Shown in pieces: positions 1 to 9,346 of a stretch of 64,000 bases of DNA. Numbering within the stretch: position 1 is the stretch's first letter; every line of letters starts with the position of its first letter. A model generated the notes under the pieces. It saw only the letters and a list, made by a program, of their open reading frames with translations. It was not told the origin of the DNA and made no database searches. Both the position numbers and the translations under genes were made by a program. Where the stretch lies: the NCBI GenBank assembly GCA_963712115.1, contig CAVQGX010000046.1, positions 32,001 to 96,000 on the forward strand, given 5' to 3'. Source of the DNA: an uncultured delta proteobacterium (GTDB lineage Bacteria; Desulfobacterota; Syntrophobacteria; BM002).

Positions 1-1
1 G

Positions 2-970
2 CTCGTCAAAGCTCTCAGCGAGGGAGGCAACCTAGAGCAAATAAGAGGATTATCCTACACAAGTGACAATCAAGTAATACATAACGCTGATCGAACCTAC
101 TCTGATGACCTTGACACCCTCCCTTTCCCGGCCAGACATCTGTTGGATATGGACAAATATCGAACATCCAAGATCGGAACCAGGAGCATCACCTCCATTC
201 TCACCAGCAGAGGCTGCCCATACCAGTGCTCTTTTTGTGCGTCGTCCAAGCTGGCAGGCACCTTCTGGAGGGCCAGATCAGTCGAATCAATCATCAAAGA
301 AATTCAATTTGTTAAAGACACTTACGGTTATCGGGCCTTTGCCTTTGTGGACGACAATTTCACCTTGAATCCCCAAAGGGTAATCGATCTCTGCAAGGAG
401 ATTTGTAAGCGTGGTTGGGATATACACTGGTGGTGCTTTTCCCGGGTTGACACTATTGTAAAAAATCCTGAGATGGTATCACTGATGTATGAGGCTGGTT
501 GTCGCTCTACCTACATTGGTATAGAGAGTAGAAACCAAGAAACTCTTGACTTTTACAACAAAAAAATTAGTGCAGACATATCCCGTGAGGCAATCTCTAT
601 TCTCAAGAACAAGAAAATAGAAATGACCGCGAGCTTCATAATTGGCGCACTCAATGAAGACAAAGAAATGGTGGAGGATACTTTACGATTTGCCAAATCC
701 CTCAATCCAAATACTGTCTCTTTTAGCATCCTCACCCCTTACCCGGGGACTGACTTGTTCGAACAAGTAAAAGACAGAATAATCACTTTCGACTGGCGAA
801 AATATGATGGTATTCACTCGGTTATAAGATTGAAACATTTCAAACCAATGCAAATCCAACTCACCCTCCTGCGTTTTTATATTTCCTTCTATCTCCGATC
901 TTTCGCATCCATCAAGGATTTTCTCAAGTTTTACCTCCGCCGAAAACTCCAATGGGGACATACCAACTAG
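2..970 (+). CDS. Radical SAM protein, probably cobalamin-binding (class B) family; 5' end lies outside the window
   Basis: Frame is open from base 2 (LVKALSEGGNLEQIRGL...DDLDTLPFPARHLL). Motifs TSRGCPYQCSFC (CxxxCxxC), FVDDNF, IGIES and LTPYPGT are typical of B12-binding radical SAM proteins. Confidence 0.85.
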   Translation, partial: LVKALSEGGNLEQIRGLSYTSDNQVIHNADRTYSDDLDTLPFPARHLLDMDKYRTSKIGTRSITSILTSRGCPYQCSFCASSKLAGTFWRARSVESIIKEIQFVKDTYGYRAFAFVDDNFTLNPQRVIDLCKEICKRGWDIHWWCFSRVDTIVKNPEMVSLMYEAGCRSTYIGIESRNQETLDFYNKKISADISREAISILKNKKIEMTASFIIGALNEDKEMVEDTLRFAKSLNPNTVSFSILTPYPGTDLFEQVKDRIITFDWRKYDGIHSVIRLKHFKPMQIQLTLLRFYISFYLRSFASIKDFLKFYLRRKLQWGHTN

Positions 971-1012
971 TGGTTTCCTTCCCACAGCTCTTTAGCGAAG
1001 CCGGATCTTATC

Positions 1013-1948
1013 TTGATGATTGAGAAAAATTATATACACCTATTCATTTTCATTATTGCTATTTATCTCACTGCGGCCACCTGCAAGCCAATACAAAGCG
1101 TGAGACCCTCGAAAAGTGAAGTACTCAAAGGCTCCTGCTTACAGCTCATGACATACAACATCAGAGTTGGAGCCGGTAGGGACGGACTGTTAACACCGGT
1201 AAAATATCTCTCCAGTTCTGAAAGCAAATTAACAAAAATCGGTCTGACAATAAGGTCTCTGGATCCAGATATCATTGCACTGCAGGAAGTCAGGGGCGCT
1301 GCCCAGGCAGAATTTCTAGCAGACTCTTTGGGCATGAACTACGTCTATCTATCCCACGAGGACTCTAGGCTCGAGTGGGGATTGGCAGTCTTATCCAGGT
1401 TCAAGATTACTGAATATTACGGAAAATTTATTCGCTACGATGAGAAAAAGCCGAGAGTGGCACTGTTATGCACAGTTGAATTGGATGGCTCGTCCATTAC
1501 TATAATCAATGTGCATTTTCATTTGGGTGATTATGATGAGCAAGTTGAAGAGACAATTAGATTAATGAGCAAGGTGACGGGACCGGTTATACTGATGGGT
1601 GATTTCAATCTAATTGATCCTGACGATGGGCTCTCCCCCATTACAAAGAAATTGGTTGATACTTGTGAGGTGGTGGACACCAAGAGTTCCCAGGAAGCCA
1701 AAGAGATAGGCACCCATAGATTCGGCTCAAAAAGGCTTGATTACATCTTTGTCGACCCTAATTATTTCTCTGTGCTGGAAGCTGGATTAGCACCAGAACA
1801 ACACAGGAGTGCCTCGGATCATATCGGCTACTTTGCCTGTGTGAGGCCAAAAAGCAAGGAGAGCGATGTTCAGGAGGCTAACCCAGAAATCCAGCAAGAG
1901 AAGGTAGAACTGCCAACCTTGCGTGGAGGTGGAGAAGTATTGGAGTGA
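1013..1948 (+). CDS. Exported endonuclease/exonuclease/phosphatase (EEP) family protein
   Basis: Motifs MTYNI, DIIALQEV, NVHF, MGDFN, RLDYIF and SDH; hydrophobic N-terminal signal. Confidence 0.85.
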   Translation: MMIEKNYIHLFIFIIAIYLTAATCKPIQSVRPSKSEVLKGSCLQLMTYNIRVGAGRDGLLTPVKYLSSSESKLTKIGLTIRSLDPDIIALQEVRGAAQAEFLADSLGMNYVYLSHEDSRLEWGLAVLSRFKITEYYGKFIRYDEKKPRVALLCTVELDGSSITIINVHFHLGDYDEQVEETIRLMSKVTGPVILMGDFNLIDPDDGLSPITKKLVDTCEVVDTKSSQEAKEIGTHRFGSKRLDYIFVDPNYFSVLEAGLAPEQHRSASDHIGYFACVRPKSKESDVQEANPEIQQEKVELPTLRGGGEVLE

Positions 1949-2102
1949 TGGAGTAATGGTAATTTCGGATCTCGGATCTCGGATTTCGGATTTAAAAACA
2001 TGAATTGGAAATCAGAAACTCAATCTAAAGTCGACAATCCGCATTCCGCATTCCCAAATCCGCAATCGAGTTGCTCCAACACTCCAGTACTCCAAGACTC
2101 CA
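1937..2102. repeat. Nested inverted tandem-repeat element (8-mer TGGAGTNN outer arms, 7-mer (T/C)TCGGAT / AATCCGC inner arms)
   Basis: tggagtga-tggagtaa ... ttcggat-ctcggat-ctcggat-ttcggat ... aatccgc-attccgc-attccca-aatccgc ... ctccaaca-ctccagta-ctccaaga-ctcca. Confidence 0.85.
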
Positions 2103-2159
2103 GGGGGATATGCAGAATGACCTGCCTCCGCATTTTGAATCACGGTACATAAGGACACA

Positions 2160-2810
2160 ATGAACGCAGTCGTTATCAGTGATTTGCACCTAGAGTCTGT
2201 CCACACTCTGTCTGGCCAGATAGCCCTTTTCATCGAAAGCTTACCTGAAGGATGCGATCTCATTCTCAACGGTGACATTATCGACAGCTCTTATCCAAAT
2301 TTGCCGCGGCAAAATCTACAAATCCTCGAGCTAATAGGGCAGGAGTCTTTTCGTAGAAATATTGTTTGGATCCGTGGAAACCATGACGACTGCTCTCTCC
2401 TTCGAAATAGGGGAAGAATCCATTTTAAACGCATCCACGCGATTGCCAACCGACTCTTGATCACCCACGGCAACGAACTCGATAAAACCAAGGCAAGGAT
2501 TCAACAGCTTCTCAGACCATTCAAGCTGATACAGTTTATCCTGGTAAAATCGGGCTTGAAACCGGTAAATGTAGCCCAATTTGCCAGTAGGTTCGAGCTT
2601 TTTTATAGGCTCTATCGAAAGAAACTCATGCTCGATGCGGTGAAATTCGCCAAAGAAAAAGGCTTTGGAGCCATTACCTGCGGTCATACGCACCACCCAG
2701 AGGATCGTAATGTCCAAGGTGTGCGTTACATCAATACCGGCGCCTGGACTGAATACCCGCCCCACTATCTAGTGGTCAATGACAGGGAGATTAGACTGAA
2801 GAGCGTCTAA
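2160..2810 (+). CDS. Calcineurin-like metallophosphoesterase, LpxH/UDP-2,3-diacylglucosamine hydrolase-like
   Basis: Motifs ISDLHL, NGDIID, RGNHD, THG, CGHTH and YINTGAW. Confidence 0.85.
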   Translation: MNAVVISDLHLESVHTLSGQIALFIESLPEGCDLILNGDIIDSSYPNLPRQNLQILELIGQESFRRNIVWIRGNHDDCSLLRNRGRIHFKRIHAIANRLLITHGNELDKTKARIQQLLRPFKLIQFILVKSGLKPVNVAQFASRFELFYRLYRKKLMLDAVKFAKEKGFGAITCGHTHHPEDRNVQGVRYINTGAWTEYPPHYLVVNDREIRLKSV

Positions 2811-2922
2811 GGGGCTGTCCCACAACCTCTCTTTTGCCCGCCTTTGTCATTCTGAGCGAAGCGAAGAATCTCATGGATTCAGGACTGGACGGCGACTCAG
2901 AATGACGTTGTGGGACAGCCTC
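2811..2922. mobile_element. MITE/REP-like element with 14-bp terminal inverted repeats and an internal 11-bp inverted repeat
   Basis: ggctgtcccacaac (2813-2826) / gttgtgggacagcc (2907-2920); internal gtcattctgag (2846-2856) / ctcagaatgac (2896-2906). Lies between convergent genes. Confidence 0.65.
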
Positions 2923-2933
2923 TCGGGGGGGAT

Positions 2934-3755
2934 TTAGACTGGGTTTAGATACTTTTCTATCGAGGTAAAGCGGAAATCAGCCAGAAGTTTGACAAGCTGC
3001 GATTTGCTCCCCCAGACACCTCCGTACAGGGCAAATTTCTTCGAGGGGGGAAGGCCGATAGAGCCCTTTCTTCCGCCGAACTCCCTGGGATGAAAATAAA
3101 AAAGTGTGGGCAGCTGGCGTCGGTTGAATTTCCGCACCCTTTGTTTAAGTATGGGGTAAGGCAAAAGCCTCAAGCCCCAGCTGCCTCCTGCGGGATAGTG
3201 GCCAAAGGGAGTCTTTAGTGTCAAGGGTGGCAATTCCCATAAGTCTCCCCTCGCTGTTTTTATCTTCCAGGGGGTACGAGGATAGGACTCGTTGCCAATG
3301 ATCTTTAGGGGAGCCAGGCTGGAGTCATAGACAAAGCCTTCTTCAGTTAGAATCTCTAAGGCCCAACTACTGCGATCGTTTATCGACCACTGGGGAGCCC
3401 GAAAACCAATTGGTCTCTTGTTTATCAACCCTGCAATACACTCAATTCCTCTGCGCAAAATCTGGCGAAAATCTTCTGGGCTCAGTTCGTAGACCAGCTC
3501 ATGATCCCAGCCGTGATAGCCAATTTCGTGTCCCATATCATGAATGCGCCGAACTAGGTCAGGATGCTTCTCCGCCACATAACCGAGTACGAAAAAAGTA
3601 GCCCTGGAGTTCGTCTTAGCGACCAAACTCAAGAGCTTCTCTGTGTCTGCAACCACGGTGGATGGAAATCTGTCCCACTTTTCCCTGGGGAGCAGATGCT
3701 CCACCTCACATATGTGGAACCAGTCTTCCAGGTCCACCGTCAGGAGATTCATCAC
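2934..3755 (-). CDS. Polysaccharide deacetylase (DUF3473-type)
   Basis: Motifs TVDLEDWFH, ATFFVLG, HEIGYHGWDH, GFRAPQWS, YDSS and FYFHPREF. Confidence 0.9.
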   Translation of the reverse strand: MMNLLTVDLEDWFHICEVEHLLPREKWDRFPSTVVADTEKLLSLVAKTNSRATFFVLGYVAEKHPDLVRRIHDMGHEIGYHGWDHELVYELSPEDFRQILRRGIECIAGLINKRPIGFRAPQWSINDRSSWALEILTEEGFVYDSSLAPLKIIGNESYPRTPWKIKTARGDLWELPPLTLKTPFGHYPAGGSWGLRLLPYPILKQRVRKFNRRQLPTLFYFHPREFGGRKGSIGLPPSKKFALYGGVWGSKSQLVKLLADFRFTSIEKYLNPV

Positions 3756-3828
3756 GCCATCGACTTTTATCGGAACTAGTTGGAGACAACAGTTAACCGC
3801 CTTGGTGGATCGTTCGGATCGAATTATA

Positions 3829-3925
3829 GTTCAGCCGGTTTTGCCGGTTAAGCCAGTTTGCTAGAAAGAAAGTCTGAAATCAGGCTTTCCACTGGCTCTA
3901 ACTGGCCTAACCAACGGACTGGCTT
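3829..3925. repeat. Inverted ~9-bp tandem-repeat array
   Basis: ttcagccgg-ttttgccgg-ttaagccag ... actggctct-aactggcct-aacc...actggct. Confidence 0.55.
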
Positions 3926-5307
3926 TATTTCCGTCTAACCTGCATATGTTCCCACAGCGGACCCTTGAGACCGAAGCGTCGCAGTTTTTCTTGTAGTCTT
4001 CTGTCGATGTTCACGTTTGAGCCCGGCAGAATCCAGTTCTTGTTCTCCTCCACATGTTCATGCAAAATATCGAGGACGAAAGGACGCACTGACTCAGCCA
4101 GATAGAAAGTCGGTTTCAACATAGACTCGTCTTCAATTATTAAATCTTCTTGGGAGGCAAAATCCGCCAGCTTTGTCCCTGGGAAAAGCCTTATCCCCAC
4201 CATGGCAATTACCGCAGTCGGTGACACCTCGTCCATCAGGGCAAGCGTCTCTAGGAGAGTTTCCTTGCTTTCCCCCGGTCCCCCGAAAACTAAGGAGTGG
4301 CAGGAGGGCAGCCCTACTTTGTGGCAGAGTTCCGATGCTCGCCGGACCTCCTCTTTGGTAAATGACTTTCCCAATCCTTTCAAAATCAAGTCGGAGCCTG
4401 CGTCAGTGCCAAACTCTACTCCGGTGCAGCCAGACTCTTTCATTAGAGACAGCAAAGACTCGGTTACAAACTGTGGATGGAGGTAGCAACTCCACTTCAC
4501 CTCTAGGTTTCTCTGCAGAAGTTCCTTGCATATAGATTGGGCATGGTGTGGTGGAAAATTGAACACATTATCAACCATAAAAACAGTGTCGACACCCTGA
4601 TCATAAAGCTGCTGGATTTCCTCCCCAACCTGCTTTGGCGGTCGCACCCGAATCTCTTTCCCCTCAATCAAGGGGTAAGTACAGTAGACACATGAAAAGC
4701 CACAGCCTCTTTTTGTCTGGACATTTCCCATTCCGCCAAAACGAAGGTACGCTTCATTGTCAAGCTTTTCCCTGCGGGGCATGATGATGTCCTGAATGGG
4801 AAACCGCTGTGGTGGAATTGGTTTTGGGGGTTTGCTGGAATGTGTAGTAATGACGCCGGGCACCTGATCAAGAGACTGGCCACGCTCCAACTGGTCAAGG
4901 AACCGAACAAGAGGAATCTCGCCTTCACCCACGATACCATAGTCTGCTTCCAGATCATTCAATATCTGTAGTGGCATGAGGCTGAATCCTGAACCCCCGA
5001 GAACGATGGGTGCGGAGGTAAGTTGTCGCAAATGTGAAACCACCTTCCGGTAAAGAGGCAAATAGGAATGGGTATTTGGATAGGCCACATTGTCTACATT
5101 GCGCAGGGAGAGTCCAATTACCTCAGGGCCAAAATTAGTCACGGCCCGCTCCAGAGCTTCGCCGTAATCATCAACAAAGCAGAGATCCAATACCTGGTGC
5201 TCATGGGAGCTTCGCTCGAGGGCACCACTCAAAAAGGCCAGCCCAAGAGGGAATACTGGATCCGGTAACATCTCTGTGTTAGGTGAGATCAGGAGAATAC
5301 GCATCAT
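3925..5307 (-). CDS. Lipid-biosynthesis-associated B12-binding radical SAM protein
   Basis: N-terminal B12 domain (PVFPLGLAFL, SLRNVDN, LGGSGFS, GEGE); QTKRGCGFSCVYCTYP; VDNVFN; C-terminal GPLW. Resembles the TIGR04072-type family, from memory. Confidence 0.85.
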   Translation of the reverse strand: MMRILLISPNTEMLPDPVFPLGLAFLSGALERSSHEHQVLDLCFVDDYGEALERAVTNFGPEVIGLSLRNVDNVAYPNTHSYLPLYRKVVSHLRQLTSAPIVLGGSGFSLMPLQILNDLEADYGIVGEGEIPLVRFLDQLERGQSLDQVPGVITTHSSKPPKPIPPQRFPIQDIIMPRREKLDNEAYLRFGGMGNVQTKRGCGFSCVYCTYPLIEGKEIRVRPPKQVGEEIQQLYDQGVDTVFMVDNVFNFPPHHAQSICKELLQRNLEVKWSCYLHPQFVTESLLSLMKESGCTGVEFGTDAGSDLILKGLGKSFTKEEVRRASELCHKVGLPSCHSLVFGGPGESKETLLETLALMDEVSPTAVIAMVGIRLFPGTKLADFASQEDLIIEDESMLKPTFYLAESVRPFVLDILHEHVEENKNWILPGSNVNIDRRLQEKLRRFGLKGPLWEHMQVRRK

Positions 5308-5337
5308 ACCGCCTTCAGGTCTGCGATTTTGCCTCAG

Positions 5338-5456
5338 CTGGAATGATGGAATAATGGAATATTGGAATTCTGGGAAGTAAAAGCAGATAAGCTATTTTCT
5401 AATTGGTCTAATTCCTCTCGACCCATCATTCCATTATTCCTCTATTCCATCATTCC
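5338..5456. repeat. Inverted 8-mer array (TGGAATAA variant)
   Basis: tggaatga-tggaataa-tggaatat-tggaattc-tggg ... cccatcatt-ccattatt-cctctatt-ccatcattcc. The right arm contains the stop codon of the CLF-like gene. Confidence 0.8.
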
Positions 5457-6685
5457 TGTTGCCTTGCAATGACGGTGCAAGCGCTCCCACCGCCAAAAGT
5501 AGAACCGAGGGCCATTCCGGCGACAAGAGTCTTCTCAGTTGCAGAGGCAAATCTTTGAGCTTTCCCAAAAAGACCAGTCAGGCTAGGTCCTCGCGCGGCC
5601 GGCGGAATATTTCCCTCGGTTAATGAAAGTAAAATAGCTGCCACGCTCAGGAGGCCAGCGGCACCGAATTCGCCAACCAAATAGCGAAGGGGCAGCCTGG
5701 GGATCTGATGCCACTGATGACCAAAAACCTGCTCCAAGACCGCAAGTTCGGCATTTTCGAGCTCATCAACCCCATTAGCGGCTAGCCCAATGATGCCAAC
5801 CTCTTCCACATTAATCTTGGCTTCTTTCAACGCTGCCCCCATCCCTTGGGCCATTGACCTGCCATCCGTTTCATAGTGCGCCTGAGTTACAACTCCACTT
5901 GTTAGCGTTAGCGACAAAATAGTTCCATAACTCTTTTTCTCAGGCCTCTCCGCAAAGTCCGCCCGCTCCAACACTAAGCAGGTAGCCCCTTCGCCGGCAA
6001 TGAATCCTTTACCTGTGGGAAATTGGCTGGGCTGGAGTGTTTTTCGCTGCCGCACGGGCTTCAAAGCACGAACCGAGGCAAGGCTGTGAAATAGGATGCT
6101 GGAGAGTTCGTCAACCCCTCCTACCAGCACAACGTCCGCTTGATCCTGCTCCAACAAGGCAATTCCGTAGGCCAGGGCACATTCACCGGAGAGGTGATTT
6201 TGGCAAAAGGTGCTATTGGGACCTTTCAGCCCGTGATACATGGCGACGTGGCTGGCAGGAGCGTTGGGCACCGTATCTGGAAAAAGTATTGGCTCAGCTG
6301 CCTGGGGACCATGATCCAAAAGGCTTACAAAAAACCCATCCGTCTGCTCCGTGCTGCCGAAGGCGGTTCCAAAGACCACGCCGATCCGGCGGCGATTCAG
6401 CTCCGAGATTTTCAAACCACTATCCCTTATGGCTTCGATGCTGGCGGCAACCGCAAGGCGAGACTGGCGACTTAGTCTGCGGTAAAAGCGAGGTTCCATA
6501 AAATCCTTAGCACTGAAATTGTCTATCTCAGCCCCAAGATTGCAGGCATATTTGCTAGTATCGAATCCCCTAATCGGTGCTATGCCAGACTTACCCCTGA
6601 CCAGCTCATGCCAAAAAGCTGATTTTCCAATACCCAGCCCGTTTAACATGCCCAAGCCGGTTATGATGATTGGTGCTTTTGCCAT
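5450..6685 (-). CDS. Beta-ketoacyl synthase-like chain length factor (catalytically inactive KS)
   Basis: KS fold motifs are present, but the TACSS Cys position reads QNHLS, HGTGT reads AANGV and GH reads GE. Confidence 0.8.
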   Translation of the reverse strand: MAKAPIIITGLGMLNGLGIGKSAFWHELVRGKSGIAPIRGFDTSKYACNLGAEIDNFSAKDFMEPRFYRRLSRQSRLAVAASIEAIRDSGLKISELNRRRIGVVFGTAFGSTEQTDGFFVSLLDHGPQAAEPILFPDTVPNAPASHVAMYHGLKGPNSTFCQNHLSGECALAYGIALLEQDQADVVLVGGVDELSSILFHSLASVRALKPVRQRKTLQPSQFPTGKGFIAGEGATCLVLERADFAERPEKKSYGTILSLTLTSGVVTQAHYETDGRSMAQGMGAALKEAKINVEEVGIIGLAANGVDELENAELAVLEQVFGHQWHQIPRLPLRYLVGEFGAAGLLSVAAILLSLTEGNIPPAARGPSLTGLFGKAQRFASATEKTLVAGMALGSTFGGGSACTVIARQQE

Positions 6686-6699
6686 GGTTTTTCTAGATT

Positions 6700-7920
6700 T
6701 TATGGATCTGTTCTGCCGAAGACTAGGGTGGTGTTGTTACCGCCGAAAGCAAAGGAGTTTGATATCGCCACCCCAATGCTGACCTTCCTGGGCTCATTGG
6801 GAACGTAGTCCAGGTCGCAGTCCGGATCTGGTTCCTCGTAGTTCAAAGTTGGAGGAAGCACCCCATGATAGAGGGCCAAAATGGCGGCAATGGCCTCCAC
6901 CGCTCCGGCTGCCCCGAGACAGTGTCCCAGGGCGGACTTCACCGAGCTTATGGGGAGCGAATGGGATCTTTCCCCAAAAAGTCTTTTGATGGCCAGGGTT
7001 TCCACTTTGTCGTTAATCACCGTTCCAGTGCCGTGGGCGTTGATATAATCCACTGCCTCTGGTGGTATTCCAGCAGAGGCAAGTGCATTGGACATGCTTC
7101 TCTCCGCTCCTTCTCCTTGGGAATCTGGAGAGGTCATGTGATAGGCATCGGCGGAAATGCCATATCCCATAACTTCTGCATATCCAGATACCCCATGGAG
7201 CTTCGCCAGTCGCTCAGATTCCAGAACCAAGATGGAACCACTCTCACCCAGTACCAATCCCTCCCGATTTCGATCAAAAGGTCGGCAGGTCTTGCGGTCC
7301 ACTGAACGTAGCGCATTGAAGCCGGAAAAAGTCAGCTCCGAGAGGGACTCAGCACCTCCCGCAACAACCACATCGGCCTTTCCTGACCGAATGAGATCCG
7401 CACCGTACCCTATGGCGGTGGCGCTGGAAGAGCAAGCTGTGGCAATGGTAGAGCGAACTCCGGAAAAGCCGTAGAGATTTCCAATGGCGTCGGTAAGATT
7501 GCAGGCGGGAAAAGGCATAAGCAAAGAAGGTCGGGGCCGGAGACGTCCCTCATAGAGCTGGCGGCGGTATTTCTCTGCCTCGAAAACACCACCGGCACCG
7601 GCGCCCATAACAACAGCGACTCGCTCCGGCGATACATTGCGCTCCATGATCTTCGCTTCCAGCAGGGCTTCTTGGGCGGCCCACAACCCCAGATGATCAC
7701 ACCGGCCCATGCGACGACATTTATGGGGAGAGAGCCTGGAGAGGAAATCAACATTCCGCACCTGCCCTCCCATACGACTGCGGTAGCCGGAGACCTCAAA
7801 AAGGTCAACCTCGCCAAGCCCACACTTTCCCTGGCTGAGCCCATTCCAAAACGTCTCTTTCTGCTCCCCCAGAGCGCAGATAATTCCAATGCCAGTAACG
7901 ATTACACCGGAATGAGGCAT
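6700..7920 (-). CDS. fabF: Beta-ketoacyl-ACP synthase (FabF/KS-alpha-like)
   Basis: Intact Cys-His-His triad: TACSSS, NAHGTGT, GHCLGAAG; also SNSFAFGG. Confidence 0.9.
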   Translation of the reverse strand: MPHSGVIVTGIGIICALGEQKETFWNGLSQGKCGLGEVDLFEVSGYRSRMGGQVRNVDFLSRLSPHKCRRMGRCDHLGLWAAQEALLEAKIMERNVSPERVAVVMGAGAGGVFEAEKYRRQLYEGRLRPRPSLLMPFPACNLTDAIGNLYGFSGVRSTIATACSSSATAIGYGADLIRSGKADVVVAGGAESLSELTFSGFNALRSVDRKTCRPFDRNREGLVLGESGSILVLESERLAKLHGVSGYAEVMGYGISADAYHMTSPDSQGEGAERSMSNALASAGIPPEAVDYINAHGTGTVINDKVETLAIKRLFGERSHSLPISSVKSALGHCLGAAGAVEAIAAILALYHGVLPPTLNYEEPDPDCDLDYVPNEPRKVSIGVAISNSFAFGGNNTTLVFGRTDP

Positions 7921-7984
7921 TTACCATATCCTATCGTTGCAGGGCTTCACCAACCTGGCAGTAGCCACATGTTGGCACGCCCTT

Positions 7985-8118
7985 TGGAGTAATGGAGTGT
8001 TGGAGCGTTGGAGTATTGCGAGATTTTATTAATCTCAAGAACTCCTTTATCCCAGTACCCCATTACTCCATACTCCAGTACTCCAGTACTCCAATACTCC
8101 AATACTCCAATACTCCAG
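7985..8118. repeat. Inverted 8-mer tandem array (TGGAGTAN / NTACTCCA)
   Basis: tggagtaa-tggagtgt-tggagcgt-tggagtat ... cattactc-catactc-cagtactc-cagtactc-caatactc x3. Confidence 0.9.
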
Positions 8119-8121
8119 ATC

Positions 8122-8853
8122 TCAGATCTCAAAATCCCTAAGATACCACCCTCTCCTCCAAAAAAGGCTTTTTAGAAATACCATGCAAATAAGGAAGGTA
8201 TCCGGAAAGGGTCTGAAAGAAGAGCTATCTTCATCACCCTCATGATAAATCGTTTTTATAGGGACGTATGTTATCTTCATTCCCAGCAAACCTGCCTTGA
8301 GCAATATTTCTGTCTCGGTATCATAACGGGTGGTCCAGAGTGGAATGGTCTCGAGAACTTCCCTGCCGTAGAGCCGGAATCCACTTTGGGTGTCTGTCAG
8401 AGGCTGTCCAACCGCCCAGGAGATACAGTAGACTCCGATTCTATTGGTCCAATATCTAATCCACGGCATCTTCTCGGTTTCCGCCATTCTAGAGCCAATA
8501 ACGATCTGTGACCTTGATTTGTCGTGTTCTTCAATCAGATTGGGGATTTCCACCGGGTCATGCTGCAGGTCCCCGTCCAAAGTGATGATACCCTCCCACG
8601 GTTTCTCTAGCAGATGCTTGAACCCGCTGCGTAAGGCCCAACCTTTCCCCTGGTTCTTGGCAATCCTGAGAACCTTGGCCCCACTTTCCTTTGCCAGACG
8701 GGCAGTGTCGTCCTGGGAACCGTCATCCACTACCAGAATTTCCCTTATGTGTTCACGAGTCTGACGCACCACCTCGGAGATGGTTTGAGAAAGGTTGTAA
8801 GCTGGAATAAGTGCACAAAATCTAAGAGAGGGCGCACTTTTTTGATCCACCAA
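8122..8853 (-). CDS. Glycosyltransferase family 2 (DPM1-like)
   Basis: Motifs LIPAYN, VVDDGSQD, NQGKG, TLDGDLQH and DTQSGFRLY. Confidence 0.9.
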   Translation of the reverse strand: MVDQKSAPSLRFCALIPAYNLSQTISEVVRQTREHIREILVVDDGSQDDTARLAKESGAKVLRIAKNQGKGWALRSGFKHLLEKPWEGIITLDGDLQHDPVEIPNLIEEHDKSRSQIVIGSRMAETEKMPWIRYWTNRIGVYCISWAVGQPLTDTQSGFRLYGREVLETIPLWTTRYDTETEILLKAGLLGMKITYVPIKTIYHEGDEDSSSFRPFPDTFLICMVFLKSLFWRRGWYLRDFEI

Positions 8854-8854
8854 T

Positions 8855-9340
8855 TCAGAACTCCAGATAAAGGGTCAGTGAAGCCTGCACCACTATCCTA
8901 TGGTCGACAAACCCCCTGGCGTCAAATTTATAAAGAGTGGAGTATTGCTTGACCAAACTTGCTGTGAGAAGCAACTCTTCCTCCTCATGCACCGGGTGTG
9001 CGAATGAGCACTCGTCAATGCGAACGAGAAATCCTTGGGCCCCTTGCCGAGGCTGTGGGTTTCCCTGGTCATAGCGAATACAAAGTGCTGCCAGTTGCCC
9101 CAGGGCTTCAACCACCAAAGTGGCTGGAAAAACCGAAACCCCACCATCTCGATTGATGTATGGGTGGTCGGTCTTGATCCGGAAAGTGCCTTCTACGCTG
9201 TGGCCAGATTTCAGTTTAGTAACTTTGTCGACAAAGAGAAAGGGGTATCTGTGGGGCAGTAAGTCCTGGACCTGCTCATGGGAAAGTGACATATTTTTAA
9301 AGCCGTGATTCGCCAGAAGAATGGGGTCGGGTCTGACCAA
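8855..9340 (-). CDS. FabZ-like hot-dog dehydratase lacking the catalytic His
   Basis: LLPHRYPFLFVD and FPATLVVEALGQ are present; the GHFP motif is replaced by RDGG. Confidence 0.8.
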   Translation of the reverse strand: MVRPDPILLANHGFKNMSLSHEQVQDLLPHRYPFLFVDKVTKLKSGHSVEGTFRIKTDHPYINRDGGVSVFPATLVVEALGQLAALCIRYDQGNPQPRQGAQGFLVRIDECSFAHPVHEEEELLLTASLVKQYSTLYKFDARGFVDHRIVVQASLTLYLEF

Positions 9341-9346
9341 ATTATT

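Noticed and set aside
7985-8118. CRISPR array interpretation of the periodic repeats
   Set aside because: Units are 7-9 bp, contiguous and inverted, with no 23-47 bp repeats, unique spacers or cas genes.
7947-8132. Short ORFs such as 7947-8132, 2012-2278, 33677-33889, 44163-44381, 53200-53514, 60303-60500 and 63714-63935
   Set aside because: They are translations of intergenic repeat arrays (e.g. GVLEYWS, LTPDTR, HALCSM) with no family motifs.
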